A stretch of DNA of 64,000 nt from Bacteroidia bacterium (GTDB taxonomy: Bacteria; Bacteroidota; Bacteroidia; JADZBD01), in assembly GCA_020054095.1 (NCBI GenBank), contig JAGVMA010000044.1, forward strand, positions 19,722-83,721, read 5' to 3'. How positions within the stretch are numbered: position 1 is the first letter of the stretch; each line of letters opens with the position of its first letter. The notes under the pieces are model-generated. The model searched no databases, had not been told where the DNA came from, and worked only from the letters and a program-made list of their open reading frames with translations. The translations under genes and the position numbers were made by a program. Of this stretch, positions 29,216-38,106 are shown piece by piece.

Positions 29216-30556
29216 TTAAGCCGTTAAATCAAATGTTTCTAAAAATTTGGTAGTGTAATCGCCTTTTAAAAACTGTTCGTTTTTCATTAAGCGTTGGTGG
29301 AACGGTATAGTAGTTTTCACGCCTTCAACCACAAACTCGCTTAGTGCGCGGCTCATTTTTGCAATTGATTCTTCGCGCGTTTGAGCCATTGTAATAAGTT
29401 TTGCAATCATGCTGTCGTAGTTGGGTGGAATAACATAGCCGGCATAAATGTGCGAATCTACCCTCACGCCATGTCCGCCCGGGGTGTGCAGCACCGTAAT
29501 TTTTCCGGGAGCAGGTCTAAAGTTATTGAATGGATCTTCAGCATTAATGCGACATTCAATAGCGTGCAACTGGGGGTAATAGTTTTTCCCCGAAATAGGA
29601 ATGCCTGCTGCAATCAATATTTGTTCGCGTATCAAGTCATAATCAATAACTTCTTCGGTAATTGGGTGTTCCACTTGTATGCGTGTATTCATTTCCATGA
29701 AATAAAAATTGCGATGCTTGTCAACCAAAAATTCTACCGTACCCACACCTTCGTAACTAACCGCTAATGCTGCTTTTATAGCAGCTTCTCCCATTCTGTC
29801 GCGCAGTTCCGGAATCATAAATGGCGATGGTGTTTCTTCTACCAATTTTTGGTGTCTGCGTTGTATTGAGCAATCGCGCTCAGATAAATGACATGCTTTG
29901 CCGTATTGGTCGCCTGCAACTTGTATTTCAATATGGCGTGGTTCTTCTATATATTTTTCCATATACATAGCACCGTTACCAAATGCCGCTTCGGCTTCTT
30001 TGCTTGCCGATTCAAAATTAGATAGTAAATCTTCTTCTTTCCAGATGATGCGCATCCCTCGTCCGCCACCGCCTGCAGTTGCTTTTATAATTACCGGATA
30101 ACCAATTTCGGCAGCATCGCGTTTTGCTTGCTCCACATCAGTAATCAATCCTTCAGAACCCGGAACACAAGGCACACCGGCTTTTTTCATGGTGTCTTTT
30201 GCGTTCGATTTATCGCCCATCGCATCTATCTGATCGGGAGTAGCGCCAATAAATTTTATTTTATGCTCGGCACAAATTCTCGAAAACTTTGAGTTCTCGG
30301 ACAAAAAACCATAGCCGGGATGAATGGCATCCGAATTGGTTATTTCGGCTGCAGCGATAATATTCGGGATGTTTAAGTACGATTCTTTACTTGGCGGAGG
30401 GCCTATGCAGACCGCTTCATCGGCAAACTTAACGTGCAACGAATCTTTATCGGCAGTACTGTAAACAGCTACTGTTTTTATTCCCATTTCGCGGCAAGTG
30501 CGGATAATACGCAATGCTATTTCTCCGCGATTGGCTATTAATATTTTTTTAAACAT
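29216..30556 (-). CDS. accC: Acetyl-CoA carboxylase biotin carboxylase subunit
   Basis: [49 protein letters not shown]. Confidence 0.97.
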   Translation of the reverse strand: MFKKILIANRGEIALRIIRTCREMGIKTVAVYSTADKDSLHVKFADEAVCIGPPPSKESYLNIPNIIAAAEITNSDAIHPGYGFLSENSKFSRICAEHKIKFIGATPDQIDAMGDKSNAKDTMKKAGVPCVPGSEGLITDVEQAKRDAAEIGYPVIIKATAGGGGRGMRIIWKEEDLLSNFESASKEAEAAFGNGAMYMEKYIEEPRHIEIQVAGDQYGKACHLSERDCSIQRRHQKLVEETPSPFMIPELRDRMGEAAIKAALAVSYEGVGTVEFLVDKHRNFYFMEMNTRIQVEHPITEEVIDYDLIREQILIAAGIPISGKNYYPQLHAIECRINAEDPFNNFRPAPGKITVLHTPGGHGVRVDSHIYAGYVIPPNYDSMIAKLITMAQTREESIAKMSRALSEFVVEGVKTTIPFHQRLMKNEQFLKGDYTTKFLETFDLTA

Positions 30557-30574
30557 ATTTTTTATTTATCAATT

Positions 30575-30649
30575 GTTATTGCGAAAGAGTGAAACGACTG
30601 AAGCAGTCGTGTTTATAACGAAGATATTGCTTCCCCTCGCTCGCAATAA
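30575..30649. repeat. Degenerate inverted pair of the same REP-like family, between accB and accC
   Basis: GTTATTGCGAAAGAGTGAAACGACTGAAGCAGTC … GATATTGCTTCCCCTCGCTCGCAATAA. Confidence 0.65.
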
Positions 30650-30659
30650 ACGATTCGGT

Positions 30660-31157
30660 TTAATTAGGTTCAACTAAAAACAAAGGTTGGTCGTATTCAA
30701 CAGGGCTGGCATCATCTACCAGTATTTTCACAATCCTGCCCGATACTTCCGATTCTATTTCATTAAATAGTTTCATTGCCTCGATGATGCAAATTGTTTT
30801 TCCGGCTTTTATTTCATCGCCCACGTTTACAAACAAAGGTTTATCGGGCCCCGGTGAACGATAAAAGGTGCCAATCATGGGCGATTTAATGGTAATGTAT
30901 TTCGATTCATCTGCAACGGGTGGAGTTGTAGATTTTTTTTCAGGAGTTTTTTGCTCGGCCACCGCTTGCTGTGTAACCGGAGGCGCTTGTATAACTTGAG
31001 TAACCGGTGGTGCTGCTTGCATAACTACTTGCTGTGCCACCGCTTTGCCATTGTTCGTTTTAATAACAATTTTAAAATCTTTGTTTTGAAGTTCAACTTC
31101 GCTAACGCCCGATTTAGCTACAAACTTTATCAGGTCTTGAATTTCGTTTATTTTCAT
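30660..31157 (-). CDS. accB: Acetyl-CoA carboxylase biotin carboxyl carrier protein
   Basis: SPMIGTFYR and the IEAMKLFNEIE biotinylation motif. Confidence 0.97.
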   Translation of the reverse strand: MKINEIQDLIKFVAKSGVSEVELQNKDFKIVIKTNNGKAVAQQVVMQAAPPVTQVIQAPPVTQQAVAEQKTPEKKSTTPPVADESKYITIKSPMIGTFYRSPGPDKPLFVNVGDEIKAGKTICIIEAMKLFNEIESEVSGRIVKILVDDASPVEYDQPLFLVEPN

Positions 31158-31403
31158 GCGTTTTGTTTTAGTGCGTTAGATTTTTTTATTTCAGACGCCA
31201 AACTTACTACTTTGAATGAATTATGCAAGAAAATTTATATCGCAAAAAATGGCGCTTTTATCTACTTTTCGGCAAATTTTCACCCAAAAACGATTGTTTT
31301 TGGCAGTTTTTCACATTTTTAATTAAAAAACACTTTTTGTTTTTGTGTTAAAAACACTTTTTACCATAGTAATTTTTTTGGCAGCATAATAAATCTCGAA
31401 TTT

Positions 31404-31461
31404 ACCAGTTATGCCAAAAATATAACCACTTGTTAGAAAAATACGACCACTTATTAGAAAA
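31404..31461 (+). promoter_or_regulatory. Three imperfect direct repeats with a 21-bp period (possible LytTR-type operator)
   Basis: ACCAGTTATGCCAAAA (31404), ACCACTTGTTAGAAAA (31425), ACCACTTATTAGAAAA (31446). Confidence 0.55.
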
Positions 31462-31545
31462 CAATTTTTTATTGACAATACATAAATAATATTTGCACAT
31501 AAAATTTAATACAGCGGTAAAGCCGATTATTTTTTTCAATTAAAA

Positions 31546-31562
31546 TAGTTTTGCTATGTTTG
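31546..31562 (+). promoter_or_regulatory. Tandem Bacteroidota -7 elements upstream of exbB
   Basis: TAGTTTTG and TATGTTTG. Confidence 0.45.
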
Positions 31563-31630
31563 ATGCCCTGTAAAAAAAGAGAAAAAATAACTCAGCTAAT
31601 CAATAAAATAAATAACCAAAAACTCAAATT

Positions 31631-32446
31631 ATGAGCAACGAAAAACAACAAAGCAAATTACAATCAATGTTTGCTGCAATCGTAATCCCTATTCTAATCG
31701 TTATTTCAGTACTATTCTACATGTTTGTATTGGGAAGCCCGGCAAACTTCGAGGAAATGAATCCTGAAAACCACCCGATTAAAGATGGAATTGGCGGATG
31801 GTTTGGCACCATTTACAAAGGCGGAATAATTGTGCCTATTTTAATTTCGGTGCTATTAATTATTATCACTTTTTGTATCGAGCGTTTTATTACCATTAAT
31901 AAAGCAAAAGGAAAAGGCAATGTTGATACATTCATTCGTTCGGTGCGATCAATGTTAGCTAATAACGAAATTGACGCAGCCATTGCCGAGTGTGATAAAC
32001 AAAAAGGATCAACAGCCGCTGTAATTCGTGCCGGCTTAGGCAAATACAAATTAGTTTTAGAAGATAACTCATTAGATAAAGAGAGCAAAATAGCAGCTAT
32101 TCAAAAAGAATTAGAAGAAGCTACTGCATTAGAACTGCCTATGTTATCTAAAAACTTGGTTATCATTTCTACTTGCGCTTCCATCTCTACGTTAATTGGT
32201 CTTATCGGAACAGTAATAGGGATGATACGCTCGTTTAAAGCGCTTGCACAAGCAGGTTCGCCCGATACAGTTGCACTTTCAACGGGTATCTCTGAAGCAC
32301 TAATCAATACGTTTATTGGTATTACAGGTTCCACAATTGCAATTATTATGTACAATTTCTTTAGCAGTAAAATTGATGCCTTAACTTATGGTATAGATGA
32401 GGCAGGCTTTACAGTTGTACAAACCTTTGCATCAAAAAACAAATAA
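31631..32446 (+). CDS. exbB: MotA/TolQ/ExbB proton channel protein
   Basis: TLIGLIGTVIGMIRSF and GISEALINT. Confidence 0.9.
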   Translation: MSNEKQQSKLQSMFAAIVIPILIVISVLFYMFVLGSPANFEEMNPENHPIKDGIGGWFGTIYKGGIIVPILISVLLIIITFCIERFITINKAKGKGNVDTFIRSVRSMLANNEIDAAIAECDKQKGSTAAVIRAGLGKYKLVLEDNSLDKESKIAAIQKELEEATALELPMLSKNLVIISTCASISTLIGLIGTVIGMIRSFKALAQAGSPDTVALSTGISEALINTFIGITGSTIAIIMYNFFSSKIDALTYGIDEAGFTVVQTFASKNK

Positions 32447-32510
32447 TTTTTTAAAATTATTTGTGGAATAAATAATTCAATTGCGTCTTACACACTAAAA
32501 GGTAAAAGAT

Positions 32511-33170
32511 ATGCCCAAATTAAAAATGCCCAGAAGCAGCCCATCATTGGATATGACCCCAATGGTTGACCTTGCTTTCCTTCTGGTTACCTTTTTTATG
32601 CTTACCGCCCAGTTTAGGGCCGAAGAATCGGTGATAGTGGACACGCCATCATCGCAAGCACAAAATATATTAAAGGATAAAGACATTATGCTCCTCACTA
32701 TTGATAGTGCCGGCCGCATTTTCTTTAACATAGATGGAAAAGAAATACGCGAGAATACACTTAACGAAATGGCGAAGCGCTATAACCTTACTTTTAATCC
32801 AAAACAAATTGAAGAATACGGTTTGGGGCAAGGAATAGGCGTGCCTGTTAATTTATTAGGCAAATATTTAGATGCCGATGAGTCTGACAGAAAAAAAATG
32901 GACGACTTATCGAAAGGGATTCCGTTTGATACTACACTTGACTATAAAAGCAACGAGTTATACTCATGGGTAGATTTGGCAAGACGTATGTCTTTTGATA
33001 AATCACAATCAATAGGTGCAAAAAACGGATTACGCTATGCTATAAAAGCAGATGGAAAATCGAATTACAGAGTAGTAAAAGCAGTAATAAAAATGTTCCA
33101 GAGCGAACAAGTAAACGTGAACAGATTTAATTTAATAACCGACCTGGAAACAGGTCAAGAAGAAAAATAG
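32511..33170 (+). CDS. exbD: Biopolymer transport protein ExbD
   Basis: DMTPMVDLAFLLVTFFMLT and IKAD. Confidence 0.9.
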   Translation: MPKLKMPRSSPSLDMTPMVDLAFLLVTFFMLTAQFRAEESVIVDTPSSQAQNILKDKDIMLLTIDSAGRIFFNIDGKEIRENTLNEMAKRYNLTFNPKQIEEYGLGQGIGVPVNLLGKYLDADESDRKKMDDLSKGIPFDTTLDYKSNELYSWVDLARRMSFDKSQSIGAKNGLRYAIKADGKSNYRVVKAVIKMFQSEQVNVNRFNLITDLETGQEEK

Positions 33171-33174
33171 AACT

Positions 33175-33822
33175 ATGGCAGACGTACAAACAGGCGGTGA
33201 TGACCATGGCGGTGGTAAAAGCAAAGGTAAGAAGCGCGCAAAAAAGGCATCTACACATATAGATATGACACCAATGGTTGACTTGGCGTTTTTGTTACTT
33301 ACGTTTTTCGTATTAACATCTACTTTTAGTAAACCAAGTGCAATGGAAATTACTATGCCGGTGGATGATAAAACCACTAAGCCAACAAAGGTTAAAAACA
33401 TTGTTACAATTCTTCTTACAAAATCTGAAAAAGAGGCCTATTGTTATTTTGGAGAGTTAGATACCGCATCAACTAATCCATTTCAGAAGTTTAAATTAAG
33501 CGCAGAAGGAATGAGAGCATATTTGTTCGATAAAAACAAAGATGCGATAGCGACAATAAAAAAATTAAAAACAGAGATATTGGGCAATAAATCTTTAGAT
33601 ATAAACAAAGCGCAAGAAATGTTTAAGGATACAGCCAACGCAATAATGGGCAAAAAAGAAGCATTAACGGTGGTGATAAAAACCACCGATGATACTAAGT
33701 ATGGAACGGTGGTTAATATGGTTGATGAAATGAGTATCGTGAACGTAGGTAAATACGCATTGGTAGATATATCTGAAACTGAACAGAAATTTTTAGACAC
33801 TTATTTAGGTAAAACAGAATAA
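33175..33822 (+). CDS. exbD: Biopolymer transport protein ExbD (second copy)
   Basis: DMTPMVDLAFLLLTFFVLT and Y..VV..VDEM. Confidence 0.9.
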   Translation: MADVQTGGDDHGGGKSKGKKRAKKASTHIDMTPMVDLAFLLLTFFVLTSTFSKPSAMEITMPVDDKTTKPTKVKNIVTILLTKSEKEAYCYFGELDTASTNPFQKFKLSAEGMRAYLFDKNKDAIATIKKLKTEILGNKSLDINKAQEMFKDTANAIMGKKEALTVVIKTTDDTKYGTVVNMVDEMSIVNVGKYALVDISETEQKFLDTYLGKTE

Positions 33823-33824
33823 AT

Positions 33825-34682
33825 ATGGTAATCGCAATCATTGTCATCCTCGCCTTATTGCTCGTTACGGCCGTAGCAGTTGACCTTAGCTGGTTCAATG
33901 TTACGCTCACCAATCGCAACGCATTGGTGTTCGAGCAAAAAAATAAAGAATACGGAGCTTTTGTAATACGCAGAGGTTATACCCGTAACGTAATTATGGC
34001 ATCGCTTTTTGCGGGCTTGTTTTTGGGTTCGGTGTGGGCTGTGCCTAATATCATAGCACTTTTATCGGCCGATGATGCAACCGAAGAAACTAAGAATGTG
34101 GTTTTTGATCCTAAATTGATGGAACCACCACCAATGGATGATAAACTGCCACCACCACCACCACCACCACCACCACCACCGCCAATGATAAAAACGGTGA
34201 AATTTGTTCCGCCTGAGCCGGCTCCCGAAGATGACGAAGAACCACCACCGGTGCAAGAAGAAATTAAAAACGAAAACATATCAACTCAAACACAAGAAGG
34301 TCAAGAAGGTGACCCGCCACCACCACCGGTGAATACTGTTGTTGAAGATAACAATGTGTATGAAACTACCGCATTAGAAGAGCAGCCTGAATTTCCGGGT
34401 GGTGCAGCACAAATGATGAAATTCTTGAAAGACAATATTAAATATCCGCAAGTAGAAAAAGAGAATGGCATACAAGGCAAAGCATTCATAAAATTTGTGG
34501 TAGAAAAAGATGGAAGCATAACCGGAGTGGAGATAGTGAAAGGAATTCCGGGAGGAACCGGCTGCGATAAAGAAGCATTACGCGTAGTTAAACTAATGCC
34601 TAAATGGGCACCGGGCAAACAAAACGGAAAATCGGTTAGAGTAAATTATGTAATACCTGTAAACTTTAAACTACAGGGATAG
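33825..34682 (+). CDS. tonB: Energy transducer TonB
   Basis: NKEYGAF..R N-terminus, Pro-rich linker, TonB_C (PEFPGG…YP…GIQG…W.PGKQNG). Confidence 0.9.
   Translation: MVIAIIVILALLLVTAVAVDLSWFNVTLTNRNALVFEQKNKEYGAFVIRRGYTRNVIMASLFAGLFLGSVWAVPNIIALLSADDATEETKNVVFDPKLMEPPPMDDKLPPPPPPPPPPPPMIKTVKFVPPEPAPEDDEEPPPVQEEIKNENISTQTQEGQEGDPPPPPVNTVVEDNNVYETTALEEQPEFPGGAAQMMKFLKDNIKYPQVEKENGIQGKAFIKFVVEKDGSITGVEIVKGIPGGTGCDKEALRVVKLMPKWAPGKQNGKSVRVNYVIPVNFKLQG
34149..34178 (+). repeat. (CCA)10 trinucleotide run within a 12-proline tract in TonB
   Basis: Direct reading of the sequence. Confidence 0.9.
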
Positions 34683-34696
34683 TATAAATAAGAAAC

Positions 34697-34915
34697 TTGT
34701 CGGGCAGCAACACTAATTTGCACAAATACCTTTATTGGTTTAAAGCTGTAATGGTAATAATGTATGTGTCAATTGGGTTGCTGCTTGTGTTTTCAAAATC
34801 TGACAATATTCCGCAGCCCGTACTTATTGGATTGATATTAATTTTATATGGTATTATGCGCGGTGTAAACTTATATTTGAAGCGCGAAACACACACACAA
34901 TCAGATGAAGAATAA
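34697..34915 (+). CDS. Small two-TM membrane protein
   Basis: Two hydrophobic segments with G..LILYG.MR; lies within the operon and overlaps the next start. Confidence 0.65.
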   Translation: MSGSNTNLHKYLYWFKAVMVIMYVSIGLLLVFSKSDNIPQPVLIGLILILYGIMRGVNLYLKRETHTQSDEE

Positions 34916-35864
34916 ATTCAATCAGTTTTTTTCACTGTTTTTTATTGCAACAGTATCGCTATTTATTGTGCAATGTGGCGGAGGCGGCAGCTCTTATAAA
35001 AAGTATAGCGACACTGCTACTTATGGCAGCGCCATGGTGTGTGCCGATGAATCATACAAGATAATTATTGAACAGGAAGCAGATGCATTTATGGCAACTT
35101 ATACCGATGCTAATGTAATTGTAAACTATCTACCCGAAGGCGAACTGTTGAAAATGCTTATGGCTAGCGACTCGTGCAGGTTTGCTGTTATGAGTCGCAA
35201 ACTCACCGCAGAAGAATTAAAGTACTTTAAAGAAACACTCAAGCTCACACCACAAGAACTTAAAATTGCTTACGATGCAGTAGCAATAATTATTAATAAA
35301 GAAAACGCAGCCGATTCGGCTACCATAAGCCAACTTAAAGATATATTATCAGGGCAAATAAATACCTGGAACCAATTGGGCGGCAAACCCGATTCAGTAG
35401 TAGTGGTTTTTGATAACAAGCAATCGGGCAACGCGCGTTTTATAAAAGAACAGTTGCTTAATAATTCAGATAAATTTCCGGCAAATTGCTATGCCGTAAA
35501 CTCTAATGAGGATGTGATAAATTACGTTTATAATCACCCTAACTCTATGGGCATTATTGGCGTAAATTGGGTAAGCGATAAAGACGACAGCACATCGCAA
35601 CAAATAATGACAAAAATTAAGATGATGGCAGTTGCAGCCGACTCAATGCCAGGTAATTACGTAAAACCTTATCAGGCATACATTGCGCAAAAGACCTATC
35701 CACTGGTGCGCGAAGTTTATATAATAAAACGCGAAGCCCGAACAGGACTTGGCACAGGATTTGCCTCTTACATAGCAGGCGACAAAGGTCAGCGTATAAT
35801 ATTAAAAGCCGGCTTAGTACCTGCCACCATGCCTGTGAGGATAATACAGGTGAATAACGAATAA
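34905..35864 (+). CDS. PstS-like substrate-binding lipoprotein
   Basis: Lipobox IVQC, DES, IAYDAVA.I, IG.NW, YPLVR, GLGTGFASY. Confidence 0.85.
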   Translation: MKNKFNQFFSLFFIATVSLFIVQCGGGGSSYKKYSDTATYGSAMVCADESYKIIIEQEADAFMATYTDANVIVNYLPEGELLKMLMASDSCRFAVMSRKLTAEELKYFKETLKLTPQELKIAYDAVAIIINKENAADSATISQLKDILSGQINTWNQLGGKPDSVVVVFDNKQSGNARFIKEQLLNNSDKFPANCYAVNSNEDVINYVYNHPNSMGIIGVNWVSDKDDSTSQQIMTKIKMMAVAADSMPGNYVKPYQAYIAQKTYPLVREVYIIKREARTGLGTGFASYIAGDKGQRIILKAGLVPATMPVRIIQVNNE

Positions 35865-35982
35865 AATAACCGAACAAAATAGGCGTATGAAATAGCCATG
35901 TTTGCGAAAAGCAAACACCAACAAAAAAAATATAAAAGATGGCGTATTCCATCTGACAATAAAAAACTTAAAAAAAATACAG

Positions 35983-37626
35983 ATGAAAAATTTAATTTCA
36001 AGTTTAGTTTTCTCAATCACAGTTCTATCATCGCAAGCCCAAACCTTAACCGATGTGCGAAAATACATTGACAACGAACAGTACGAAAAAGCCGCAACAG
36101 CGTTAAGAAAATTAAAGACCGGAGACCCTAACAATGGCGATAACTACTTTTGGCATGGCGAAGTTTTTTATTTAACCGAACAAAACGATTCGGCTAAGAT
36201 GATGTATGATGAAGGGCTGAAGAAAAATCCAAGTAGTGCATTGTGCATGGTTGGTACAGGAAAAATATTGTGGATACAAGGGAAATCTGCCGAAGCCAAA
36301 AAACAATTTTACAGCGCTACAGTGGTGGTAAATGATAAAACCAATAAAATGACACCTCAGCAAAAATCGCTGGTGCTTTTAAAAATTGCCGAAACATACA
36401 TTACCTCGCCCGATAAAGATTTGAACGAAGCAATTACTCAAATAAACAAAGCTGCAACCATTGACCCTACCAATGCTGATGTGAATATTATGATGGGCGA
36501 TGCATTGTTTGAACAAAATCCGGCAAACGGCAGCAATGCCATTGCAGAATATAAAAAAGCGGCTGACAAAAATAAATCATCAGCTACCGCATTTTTTAAA
36601 ATTGGCGAATTGTATTTACGTGCAAAAAATCCGGAGGCTGCTCACACCGAGTTAGACAAAGCAATCACCATTGACCCACAATTTGCTCCTGCCTATCGCG
36701 TAAAAGCGGAAGCATACTATTATCGCCAAAAATTTGAAGACGCAATTAATATGTATAAAAAATACTTGGATCTTAATAGTGGTAACGTAAGTGCACGCAT
36801 ACGCTATGTGAAATTTTTATTTGTGGCAAAAAAATATACCGATGTTTTAACTGAAGGAAAATCGGTTTTACAAGATGCGCCAAAAGAGAATGTGATAAAC
36901 CGATTGATGGGTTACGCATCGTACGAAAATAACGACTGCCAAAACGGCTTGTCATACATGGAAACTTTTTTTGCAAAACAACCTGAAATGAATGTACTGG
37001 CAAGTGATTACGAATATTACGGAAAGTTATATACAAAATGTGGCAAAGATTCATTGGGCGTTATATACTTACTAAAAGCAATAACTAAAGACAGCGCAAA
37101 GTGTGAGCTATACACCGAAATTGCAAATGTTTATAAAAAAGCAAAACGCTATAGCGATGCTGCTAATTATTATTTTATGCGCACTAAATCTTGTAAAAAT
37201 CCGCTGGTTAACGATTATTATAATTTGGGTTACGCTTATTATTACAGCAAACAATATGGCAAAGCCGACACCGCATTTATTAAATATGTGGAAGGGCAAA
37301 AAGAAATTGCTTTCGGATATTTTTGGAGAGCAAAATGTAATGCCAACTTAGATCCCGAAAATAAAACATGGCAAGCAAAACCTTTTTACGAAACTGCTAT
37401 TTTAAAGTCAACCGATAAAGACAACAAAAAAGATTTGGAAGATGCTTATTGGTATATGGGTTACTATTATTTCGTGCAAAAAGATTTTGCAAGTGCAAAA
37501 TGTTGCTACCAAAAATTGGTTGCACTAAATGTTCCTAACTCGGATAAAAACAAAAAAGCTACCGATGCTTTAAATGGTAAAGAGCTAAGCGGAGTTACGG
37601 CCTCAGAACAGTGCATAAGGCAATAG
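35983..37626 (+). CDS. Tetratricopeptide repeat protein (exported)
   Basis: Start moved to MKNLISS… (signal peptide ending AQT), followed by many TPRs. Confidence 0.88.
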   Translation: MKNLISSLVFSITVLSSQAQTLTDVRKYIDNEQYEKAATALRKLKTGDPNNGDNYFWHGEVFYLTEQNDSAKMMYDEGLKKNPSSALCMVGTGKILWIQGKSAEAKKQFYSATVVVNDKTNKMTPQQKSLVLLKIAETYITSPDKDLNEAITQINKAATIDPTNADVNIMMGDALFEQNPANGSNAIAEYKKAADKNKSSATAFFKIGELYLRAKNPEAAHTELDKAITIDPQFAPAYRVKAEAYYYRQKFEDAINMYKKYLDLNSGNVSARIRYVKFLFVAKKYTDVLTEGKSVLQDAPKENVINRLMGYASYENNDCQNGLSYMETFFAKQPEMNVLASDYEYYGKLYTKCGKDSLGVIYLLKAITKDSAKCELYTEIANVYKKAKRYSDAANYYFMRTKSCKNPLVNDYYNLGYAYYYSKQYGKADTAFIKYVEGQKEIAFGYFWRAKCNANLDPENKTWQAKPFYETAILKSTDKDNKKDLEDAYWYMGYYYFVQKDFASAKCCYQKLVALNVPNSDKNKKATDALNGKELSGVTASEQCIRQ

Positions 37627-37638
37627 CACAAATTCAGT

Positions 37639-37669
37639 AAAAAAATCCGCCAACAGGTGGATTTTTTTT
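37639..37669. terminator. Bidirectional intrinsic terminator
   Basis: A7-TCCGCC-AACA-GGTGGA-T8 between convergent genes. Confidence 0.75.
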
Positions 37670-37671
37670 GA

Positions 37672-38079
37672 TTAGAACCTTCTATTTGCTTTCACATAAT
37701 CGGTGATGTATGCTACAATCGTATTAGTGTCGGTACCGGGCGGAAATAATTTGCCCACACCCATTTCGTTTAGTTTTTGCATATCGCCATCCGGAATAAT
37801 TCCGCCACCGGTTAATAGCACATCGTTAAGTCCTTTCGCTTTCATGAGCGAAAGTATTTTAGGAAAAACAGTCATGTGTGCGCCCGATAAAATACTTACA
37901 CCAATAGCATCCACATCTTCTTGCAATGCAGCAGCGACTACCATTTCGGGTGTTTGGCGCAAGCCGGTATAAATTACTTCCATGCCTGCATCGCGTAAAA
38001 ATGATGCTATAACCTTTGCGCCACGATCGTGCCCGTCTAAACCAACTTTTGCAACTAAAACTCTTATCGGCCTGTTCAT
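37672..38079 (-). CDS. Cobalamin-binding domain protein (methylmalonyl-CoA mutase C-terminal-type subunit)
   Basis: [22 protein letters not shown]. Confidence 0.92.
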   Translation of the reverse strand: MNRPIRVLVAKVGLDGHDRGAKVIASFLRDAGMEVIYTGLRQTPEMVVAAALQEDVDAIGVSILSGAHMTVFPKILSLMKAKGLNDVLLTGGGIIPDGDMQKLNEMGVGKLFPPGTDTNTIVAYITDYVKANRRF

Positions 38080-38106
38080 TTCGGGTGTGAAAATACAAGT
38101 TTTAAA

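Noticed and set aside
33977..34279. Poly-Gly and poly-Trp antisense ORFs, and the (CCA)10 run as a contingency locus
   Set aside because: These are shadows of the TonB poly-proline linker; triplet slippage would only change linker length.
37672..38079. Stand-alone B12-binding domain as a broken mutase
   Set aside because: Split mutase subunits are common, and the ORF is intact with its own start and terminator.
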